Assembly (NCBI GenBank): GCA_963662665.2
Contig: CAXXJS010000058.1
Span: 1 to 26,667, forward strand
DNA: 26,667 nucleotides
Source: Candidatus Latescibacterota bacterium
GTDB taxonomy: Bacteria; Latescibacterota; UBA2968; GCA-2709665
Reading direction: 5' to 3'
Position 1 is the first letter of the stretch. The number at the start of each line of letters is the position of its first letter. Position numbers and translations under genes: made by a program. Shown here piece after piece: positions 8,928 to 15,982 of this stretch. A model generated the notes under the pieces. It did no database searches. It had not been told where the DNA came from and worked only from the letters and a program-made list of their open reading frames with translations.

Positions 8928-10081
8928 TTCCCTACCTCATTTCCAAAACAGTACAGAGTTCCGTCTGTCGTACCGATAACAAGCCTTCCGCCGGCCACAC
9001 CGGGCGAGGCCAGTATTTCCGATCCGGTCACGAATTCCCAGCGTGTTTCTCCCGAATCCAGATCCAGCGCAACAACCCTTCCGCCGGTCGTACCTGCAAC
9101 AACGCGGTCGCCCGCCACAACCGGAGAGGCGTCGACTCGAGACCGGAACTGCCGGGTCCACAATACCGCGCCAGTTTCCGGGTTCAGCGCCCGCACCATC
9201 CGGTCCCGCCCCGCGACGATTACGTGATTCTCGGTTACCGCTGGAGAGGCGTAGAATGGAAACTTGCGATCCGTGTGCTCGTATTGCCACGCGATTTTTC
9301 CGGCTGCGAGATCCACACCCAGAAACCGGTTTCCGAACGTGCCGACGTAGGCGCGTCCGTTTCGCACCGCAGCGCTGCCCGCCACGTAGTCATGCATTTC
9401 AATATGTGAAATCTCTGCGCCGTTGGAGACGTTCACCGCCCGCATGAATCCGTCGCATCCTGCAAAGAGGACGCTGTCGCCCGCGAGCGCCGGGGCTCCG
9501 TGAACGTATCCATCTGTCTGCAACTTCCACGCCAGAGACCCGTCTTTCGTTTCGAGGCAGTAAAGGAAATTGTCGTAGGAACCGAAAAGTACCCGTCCCC
9601 CTTTTTCGTTGGCCGAGGATACAATTTCACCCCCTGTGCGAAACGTCCACAGCCCCTTGCCGGTTCCCGCGTCCACGGCGTGAAACCAGCCGCCGTCATC
9701 GCCGAATAAGACCCTTCCTTCCGCCACCAGCGGCGAAGACCTGACTTCGCCGCCGGCCGAATACGTCCATTTCAGGCTCCCACCGGCCAGTTCAAAGGCG
9801 TATAGCTTGCCGTCCAGACCTCCGACGTACACCGTCTCCCGCCAGATTGCCGCCGTGGATTCGATTCCCGCCGGTATGCGTGCGGTCCACACAACCCCCA
9901 GGCTATCGGGCAGCGGCCCCTGTGCAATTCCGGTGGATTGCGCGTCGCCGCGAAACCGCGTCCAGGCCGCCTCATTTGCAACGCAGGCGGAGACCATTAC
10001 GTGCAATAAGCAGCAGAAAAGAAAAACGTCCTCTATGCCTCTCGCCCGTCGCCTGACCCGAAACTCAATACGTCTCTTCAT
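8924..10081 (-). CDS. PQQ-like (BamB/AfsK-like) beta-propeller repeat protein, possible lipoprotein
   Basis: About 8 regular repeats of the type SSP-x-V...G-x-DG-x-LYA-x-D-xx-TG-xxx-W. Likely start ATG 10081 overlaps the ADH 3' end. A basic N-region and hydrophobic stretch lead to VSAC, a lipobox-like motif. Confidence 0.85.
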   Translation of the reverse strand: MKRRIEFRVRRRARGIEDVFLFCCLLHVMVSACVANEAAWTRFRGDAQSTGIAQGPLPDSLGVVWTARIPAGIESTAAIWRETVYVGGLDGKLYAFELAGGSLKWTYSAGGEVRSSPLVAEGRVLFGDDGGWFHAVDAGTGKGLWTFRTGGEIVSSANEKGGRVLFGSYDNFLYCLETKDGSLAWKLQTDGYVHGAPALAGDSVLFAGCDGFMRAVNVSNGAEISHIEMHDYVAGSAAVRNGRAYVGTFGNRFLGVDLAAGKIAWQYEHTDRKFPFYASPAVTENHVIVAGRDRMVRALNPETGAVLWTRQFRSRVDASPVVAGDRVVAGTTGGRVVALDLDSGETRWEFVTGSEILASPGVAGGRLVIGTTDGTLYCFGNEVGK

Positions 10082-11180
10082 AGAACGCCAGATAGTCGGC
10101 CGCACGGACCGGCCGCGGATTGAAGGTCCCCGTCCACTGCCTCGCCGCATCCGCCGCCATTTCCGGTAGCCGGTCCCGCTCGACACCCAACTCGCTGAGG
10201 CGCCCGGGCAAACCCGCCGTGCCCTTGAATCGGACGATCTGATCGGCGAGCGCCGCGGCAGTCAGACCCAACCCTTCGTAGAGCGCGCCTTCCGTTTCTC
10301 CATTGAAACGGATCACCGATGGAAGCATCACCCCCACCGCGACGCCGTGTGCGATGCCGTATCGAGCCGTCAGCGGGTTGGCGCACGCGTGGGCGGCGCC
10401 CAGCATGGCATTCTCGATGGCCGCGCCTGCGAAATGCGCGCCAAGAAGCATGGCGGCCCTTGCTTCCACGTCCGCCATGGACGCCAGCGCCGCCTTGAAT
10501 CCCGATGCGAGCAATCGCCAGGCTTCCATCGCGTACATGCGCGACACGGCATTCCGCCGCGTACTTACGTAACTCTCCACCGCATGCGCGATGGCATCGA
10601 TTCCGGCCGAGGCGGCCACATCTACCGGAACGCTCGCGGTTACCTCGGGATCCAGGATGACGCCGCGAAATCGCGCCTTCAGGTCTCCGCAAGCCATCTT
10701 CTCGTGCGTATCCACACTGGCGATCAGCGCGTAAGACTGCGCCTCGCTGCCTGTCCCCGCGGTCGTTGGAACGCCGATCGAGGGCAACATCGGGCGCGCC
10801 GCCCTTCCCATTCCCCTATAGTCTTCGATCCGGCCGCCGTTCGTCAGAATGAAATTGATCCCCTTGGCAGTGTCCATCGCACTGCCGCCCCCCAGGCCCA
10901 CAATAAGATCGATCCCGCCCCGCGCCGCCGCAACCTCGACGCCCGCGTCCACGTGTGCCGTTGTGGGGTTTTCGCCCGCCCCGTCGAACAGGAAGACGTC
11001 GCGGGCCCCGCGCCGCAGCAGCCCCAACGCATTGTCGGCGATGCCCGCGCCGACAATCCCGGGATCCGTAACGAGCAGAGTTCGCCTTCCACCCAGTCCA
11101 TCCGCCATGTCCCCGAGTTGCGCCAGTGTGCCTTCCCCGAAAATCACTCGCGGCGCAGGATGAAGGTCGAAGGGTTCCAT
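10065..11180 (-). CDS. Iron-containing (type III) alcohol dehydrogenase
   Basis: GENPT, GGGSAMD, PTTAGTGSE, DAIAHAVES, GAAHACA and HGVAV: the NAD-binding motif and the Asp/His/His/His metal ligands are all present. Confidence 0.93.
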   Translation of the reverse strand: MEPFDLHPAPRVIFGEGTLAQLGDMADGLGGRRTLLVTDPGIVGAGIADNALGLLRRGARDVFLFDGAGENPTTAHVDAGVEVAAARGGIDLIVGLGGGSAMDTAKGINFILTNGGRIEDYRGMGRAARPMLPSIGVPTTAGTGSEAQSYALIASVDTHEKMACGDLKARFRGVILDPEVTASVPVDVAASAGIDAIAHAVESYVSTRRNAVSRMYAMEAWRLLASGFKAALASMADVEARAAMLLGAHFAGAAIENAMLGAAHACANPLTARYGIAHGVAVGVMLPSVIRFNGETEGALYEGLGLTAAALADQIVRFKGTAGLPGRLSELGVERDRLPEMAADAARQWTGTFNPRPVRAADYLAFYEETY

Positions 11181-11190
11181 ACTAAGGATT

Positions 11191-12615
11191 CTACGCTCCC
11201 CGGGCGAACTGAAAGGCCCGCTGCCGGTAGAGGTGTTCGAACAAATTGCCTTCGTGAGGCTGGTCCCAGGAAATCCGGTTCGTGGGAATCGGCCCGACGT
11301 TCAGTCGTTCCACGTGGGGTGAACCCAACAACCGTGCGATGAGGGATTCATCTTCCGTCAACGCGGTCACCACCAGGCTTGGCCCGATCCGATTGACCAT
11401 TTCCGTCTGCGGAACTTCGACCACGCCGGCGTACGGGAACAGGAACTCGGTATTCGCCAGCGGGTGATCGGGAGACTCACACCACACCAGTGTGGGATTC
11501 ATAAAGGTGAGACCGTCTATCTCGTGGATCCGTTCCCTGCCCGATACCGCGGTCAGGTCCGTTGCGCCGCCGGATCCCAAATGCACGTCGATGGTATTTG
11601 AAACCTGTTTTGCCGACGCCGGGTTGGCAAACGCGGCAAGTTGCGCTTCCGGGTCGTCCAGCGGGCGGGCAACGATACTGGAAAGCCGGCACGCGAGCGC
11701 CTCGGCAATCTCCCGTCCGAACGCGGGCGTCCACACGCCCGAAGCGTTGATGCAGGACCGCCCGCCGTTCGCCGCTATCGAAACGAGGATCACATCCAGA
11801 AATTCTTCCCAGCGCTCGACCAGGTCTTCCCCGAGAATTACCTTGCTTCTTCCCGGGCCGTGAATCGATACCCGTGGATCGTTGCGCCACGGCGCCACAG
11901 TTGCCCCTCCGCCGAACAACAGGGAGCGGCCGCACCGCAAGAGAATCTCATTGGCGCCGGCGTGGGCGGCGGGATAGATGCCGAACGCTTCGGCGGGGCA
12001 TCCCGCGGCAATAAACGCCTGGGCGATCCGATACGGGGTCCAGGGATCCTCGCGTCCCGGCTTCAATACGAGGGGCACCTTCAATGAAATCGCCGGAACC
12101 CAGAGAGAATGCACACCGGGAGAATTGCTGGGTAACACGGCGCCCAGCGCATCGGTCTGACAAAGATAGCTCAACGGCCGGGTGTTTTCAAAATTCCACC
12201 CGCCATCCAGTACCGACAGATCCAGGTCGCGTGTCAGCCCGCAGAGCACGTCTTCGATCTCGCTGCAGACCAACCGGATTTTTTCCATGTTCGACCGGCA
12301 CAGAGCCTGGGGAATTCCCGTTGTCCCCGATACCTGGCGGACATAGTCCTCGGGAGATTGCGGTTCGTTTTCCAGCGGAAGGACCGCATCGGCGAAAAGC
12401 CCGGCAGCCTTCCGGGTCACGGCAACCAGTTCGGAAACGCTCAAAGCGTCCAGGGTGCGCCGGTTCTCAGGAACCGCGCTGAGGTCCCTCGCGATCAGTC
12501 CGGGGTTCGCCTGGCTCACGCGGACCGTGGGTTCTCCGGTCTGCACGTGTGGAACTTCCTGGACGTCAAGGCTCGTATAGGGCTTTCCTGCCCGCAAAAC
12601 GGGGATATGGGTCAC
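11191..12615 (-). CDS. Aldehyde-dehydrogenase-fold protein, EhpG/GriD-like acyl reductase
   Basis: LPSNSP (oxyanion Asn), LKP, NGGRSC (catalytic Cys) and EFLFP. HGPGRSK sits where the ELGGK motif normally is. GTG start at 12615 has a GGAGG RBS; the ORF track starts at 12639. Confidence 0.85.
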   Translation of the reverse strand: MTHIPVLRAGKPYTSLDVQEVPHVQTGEPTVRVSQANPGLIARDLSAVPENRRTLDALSVSELVAVTRKAAGLFADAVLPLENEPQSPEDYVRQVSGTTGIPQALCRSNMEKIRLVCSEIEDVLCGLTRDLDLSVLDGGWNFENTRPLSYLCQTDALGAVLPSNSPGVHSLWVPAISLKVPLVLKPGREDPWTPYRIAQAFIAAGCPAEAFGIYPAAHAGANEILLRCGRSLLFGGGATVAPWRNDPRVSIHGPGRSKVILGEDLVERWEEFLDVILVSIAANGGRSCINASGVWTPAFGREIAEALACRLSSIVARPLDDPEAQLAAFANPASAKQVSNTIDVHLGSGGATDLTAVSGRERIHEIDGLTFMNPTLVWCESPDHPLANTEFLFPYAGVVEVPQTEMVNRIGPSLVVTALTEDESLIARLLGSPHVERLNVGPIPTNRISWDQPHEGNLFEHLYRQRAFQFARGA

Positions 12616-12648
12616 GCGATCCTCCCGGATCGTTATCAAGCCATCACG

Positions 12649-13722
12649 CTAATACACGCCCACGACGACTGACTCCTGCATCTCGGAGAACAGACCCAGG
12701 TTCCTCACACCGTCCCACGGAAACATCTCTATAGGTTCCGCCCGCTCTGCCTGGTCCCTTTCGAGGAACCTCGGCATGAAGAACTCTTTGGTCAGCGTTG
12801 TCAACATCACCCGGCCAACGGCATTGTATTCCACGTTTTCGTCGGGATTTTCCGGGTCCACCAGCTCGATAACCGCCCTGGGCACCGGCGGGTAATAGGT
12901 AATGGCGTAATTGTCCCCGGGCGCCAGCGGCTTGGAATAAGCCAGCCCCATCAACGTATTTCCATACGTCGGCACAAAATCAATTCCGGGAATCAACTCT
13001 TCCCTGGCGAACCGGTTGAACTGCGCGTCCATCTCGGTCCCGCCGCAAAATATCCCCGAAATTCCGACCTTTTTCAACGAAATCTTTTCGCAGATCGCTT
13101 CCAGAAGCTTTGGGGTTGTAAACATGCACTTCACGTTGTCGTTCGCCCGCAATATGGTCAGCGCCTGGTCGATTACGTGTGCCTTGTACAGGTTCAGTTC
13201 CTGCAGCGCTCCGCGCCCGATCAGTTTGTTCACCCACCGGGGGTCCAGGTCCACCAGGAAACAGATCCCGCCGCGGATCTGGCACAGATATTCAACCGCC
13301 AGCCGCAGCCGCCTGGGGCCCGTGGGACCCAGCATGAGCCAGTCCGCCCCCCCGGGGAACGTCTCGTTTGAAAGGTGCCTGCTGAACGTCTCGTAGTCGA
13401 TCTGGAAGTCGTCCTGGCTGATCCGGTATTTGGGTACCCCGGTGGATCCGCCCGTTTCGAAGACGTAGGTCGGTTTGCCCGCGCTGCCACGGGGAATCCA
13501 ACGGCGCACGGGGCCGCCGCGCAGCCATTCGTCCTGAAAATGGCCGAGGATTTTCAAGTCCTCATAGCCCCCGATCTCCCGCCGCGGATCGAAATCCAGC
13601 CCGCCGGCGAATTCCAGCCAGAACGGGCAGCCCGTGTCCGGATTGAAATGCCATGCAACGGTTTCCCGTACATGGGCATCCAGTTCGGCCCTCGCCGCTA
13701 TGACGCTTTCGGCAATCGACAT
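12649..13722 (-). CDS. EhpF/GriC-like atypical ANL adenylating enzyme
   Basis: 357 aa with WHF-x3-TGCPFWL, ETGGSTGVPKY, PTGP, DLDPRWV, TTP, GGTE, YG, ERD and terminal GVY. These are collinear with my recollection of Pantoea agglomerans EhpF. It lies immediately upstream of the ALDH-like gene, as in ehpF-ehpG and griC-griD. Confidence 0.8.
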   Translation of the reverse strand: MSIAESVIAARAELDAHVRETVAWHFNPDTGCPFWLEFAGGLDFDPRREIGGYEDLKILGHFQDEWLRGGPVRRWIPRGSAGKPTYVFETGGSTGVPKYRISQDDFQIDYETFSRHLSNETFPGGADWLMLGPTGPRRLRLAVEYLCQIRGGICFLVDLDPRWVNKLIGRGALQELNLYKAHVIDQALTILRANDNVKCMFTTPKLLEAICEKISLKKVGISGIFCGGTEMDAQFNRFAREELIPGIDFVPTYGNTLMGLAYSKPLAPGDNYAITYYPPVPRAVIELVDPENPDENVEYNAVGRVMLTTLTKEFFMPRFLERDQAERAEPIEMFPWDGVRNLGLFSEMQESVVVGVY

Positions 13723-13724
13723 GT

Positions 13725-14843
13725 CTATTTCCGATCTGAATCCGACGTTTCATCCCGCCATGCATCCAGCGGATGCCTGCGGTCCGAGAGCGGCAGCGCC
13801 ACGCGGCGCCCTCCCTCCCTGTGTGACTGGTAGATGCCGATAATCATCTCGAACGCCGTCCGGGCGTCGGCCCCGCTTGACGGCGGCTCCGTCCCTTCCT
13901 CGATCGCCGCGGCCATGCGGCCATACATCCTGGCAATGGCATCCCGGGCTTCCGATCCTACCGTCTCAACGGGCTTCCAGTCCCCCTGGCCTCCCGGCAG
14001 GCCTTCCATTGGCCTGGGCAGACACCAGAGCGCTTGTCCTACGCTGCCGGAAGCACGGATCGACAATTGCCCATCGGTTCCGATGACGTCCACGCCGTAG
14101 TTTGCGCTATTGGGCGACGCGAATTCCAGGAAATGGATCTCCCCCAGAACGCCCCTTTCGAATCCGTAATGAGCCACCGCGCGATCGCCCATCACCAGCC
14201 CCGAATCCCTGTCCTTCGGCGACATCTCCTTCGCTTCCATGATGTCGTTGGCGTCCGCCAGGCGTCCCTGAAAGTAAACGCTGCCGGCGCACCAGACGGG
14301 CCGGCCGCCGAAGCGCATCATCATATCGGCTACGTGGGTGCCCATCTCCGTAAACTCGTTTCCGCTCCGGCGCCCGGACTTGTTCCGGCCGCGCACCAGC
14401 ACGACCTCCCCAATGTCCCCATTGGAGACCATATCCCGCGCCTTCAGGACCGCCGAACTCACGTGGCTCTGCTGGTTGACGGCCAGCCGCGCGCCCGACG
14501 CCGCGGCCGCCGCGACCATCTCGTCCGCCTCGGCGGGGTCGATGGCGATCGGCTTCTCGCAGAGTACGGATAAACCGCGCTTCAGCGCCGCCACGGCGGG
14601 CGCGTGATGCCCCCTGGTCTGGGTGGCCACCACGACCAGATCGGGCCGCACCTCGTCGTACATCCTCTCGAAATCCAGGAACCGCGCCTGCACGCCGTGC
14701 GTGTCTCCCGTCTCCCTGAGGGTCTCGGCAAAGACGTCGCAGATCCCCGCAACCTCGAAACCGGGCAGCCCTCCGATGACACTCAGATGCTGGCGCCCCA
14801 TCCCCCCGCAACCGACCAGAACGACACGAACCGGCTTCCCCAC
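13725..14843 (-). CDS. Gfo/Idh/MocA family NAD(P)-dependent oxidoreductase
   Basis: VGCGGMG Rossmann motif, CEKP, GTHVAD. Likely GTG start at 14843 after an AAAGGA RBS; the ORF-track start at 14927 overlaps the upstream gene. Confidence 0.9.
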   Translation of the reverse strand: MGKPVRVVLVGCGGMGRQHLSVIGGLPGFEVAGICDVFAETLRETGDTHGVQARFLDFERMYDEVRPDLVVVATQTRGHHAPAVAALKRGLSVLCEKPIAIDPAEADEMVAAAAASGARLAVNQQSHVSSAVLKARDMVSNGDIGEVVLVRGRNKSGRRSGNEFTEMGTHVADMMMRFGGRPVWCAGSVYFQGRLADANDIMEAKEMSPKDRDSGLVMGDRAVAHYGFERGVLGEIHFLEFASPNSANYGVDVIGTDGQLSIRASGSVGQALWCLPRPMEGLPGGQGDWKPVETVGSEARDAIARMYGRMAAAIEEGTEPPSSGADARTAFEMIIGIYQSHREGGRRVALPLSDRRHPLDAWRDETSDSDRK

Positions 14844-14866
14844 GGCAGTTCCTTTCTCCAACAGGT

Positions 14867-15955
14867 CTAATTCGCTTCTTCCCAGCCCTCCGGCGCCAGC
14901 CTGGACAGGGGATTCTGGCGGTGGCATTCTTCCATCACCGCCACCTGCACCGCGACCTGCTCCGGCGTAATGAACAACGGCGCGCCCTCGCGCAGTACGT
15001 CGTATATGTGGTCGTAATACGCCCTGGACATATACGTAAACGCTTCCCTCTCCTCCTCATTGGGCGCCCACGACTCCTCGGCCCACGGCAGTTCCTCGCG
15101 GCAATAGCTCGGCCCCGGCAGCGGGGACCGCAACAGCCTTTGCACGGGTGCATCCGCAGGATCGAAATACCGCCACCTGATCCCGTTGGCGCCGCCAGCC
15201 AGCCCGCCCCGCGTGCCGTATACACGATACATGTTTTCGGAAAACGGGTCACACGAAGAGATCTCCAGATCGATCGTGGGTGATCCCTCGCACCGCAGCA
15301 GCACCTTGACGTGGTCTTCAGCGTCTCCGTAAGTATTCGCCCGGTCCATAATGCAGTGCACCGATGGCTTCTTCCAATCCAGGAGGCAGAGGGCCTGGTC
15401 CATGGGATGGGGCCCTGTATTCAGCAGGTTGCCGCCTTTGAACTCCTGCAGCGTCTGCCAGTCCCATCGGCGGGCGAACCCGTTGAATGCAATGCGGATC
15501 TGCACGATGCGGCCTATGATACCGGAACCGATCACCCGCTGTATCTGTTGAAAATGCGGTGCGTATCTCGACTGCTGGAACGGCGCGAAGATTCTGTCCG
15601 ACCGTTCGGACGCCGCCACCATGCGCCGGAAGTCTTCAGCGCTGGATGCCAGGGGCTTTTCACACACGACATGATGACCCGCGTCGAACGCTTCCTCCGT
15701 GGCCTGCGTATGCATATGGCTGGGCAACGCATTGACCACCAGGTCAATGTCATCCCGCGCCAGCACGTCCCTGTAGTCCGCGTACGCATCGCATTCGAAC
15801 TCACGTACAGCGCGGTCGCGACGGTCCCGCAGCAGATCCGATACGGCCACAATCCGGTATTTGGCAGGGGACCGGACCAGCCACTCCGCGTGAATATCCC
15901 GACCGCTGCGTCCCTGGCCCAGAATGCCGACCCGCACACACCCGCTACCTGCCAT
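14867..15955 (-). CDS. Gfo/Idh/MocA family NAD(P)-dependent oxidoreductase
   Basis: GILGQGRSG, CEKP, GGNLLNTGPHPMDQ. ATG 15955 follows GGAGG; alternative start 15970. Confidence 0.9.
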   Translation of the reverse strand: MAGSGCVRVGILGQGRSGRDIHAEWLVRSPAKYRIVAVSDLLRDRRDRAVREFECDAYADYRDVLARDDIDLVVNALPSHMHTQATEEAFDAGHHVVCEKPLASSAEDFRRMVAASERSDRIFAPFQQSRYAPHFQQIQRVIGSGIIGRIVQIRIAFNGFARRWDWQTLQEFKGGNLLNTGPHPMDQALCLLDWKKPSVHCIMDRANTYGDAEDHVKVLLRCEGSPTIDLEISSCDPFSENMYRVYGTRGGLAGGANGIRWRYFDPADAPVQRLLRSPLPGPSYCREELPWAEESWAPNEEEREAFTYMSRAYYDHIYDVLREGAPLFITPEQVAVQVAVMEECHRQNPLSRLAPEGWEEAN

Positions 15956-15982
15956 CTTTCCGACCTCCATAAATGGTTAACG

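Noticed and set aside
6057-10081. Calling the propeller proteins BamB or PQQ dehydrogenases
   Set aside because: There is no bamB genomic context and no pqq genes, and both are too short and lack quinoprotein catalytic signatures.
11191-13722. luxC/luxE bioluminescence fatty-acid reductase or a phenazine cluster
   Set aside because: No luxAB/luxD or phz genes are in the window, and the motifs match EhpF/GriC better than LuxE.
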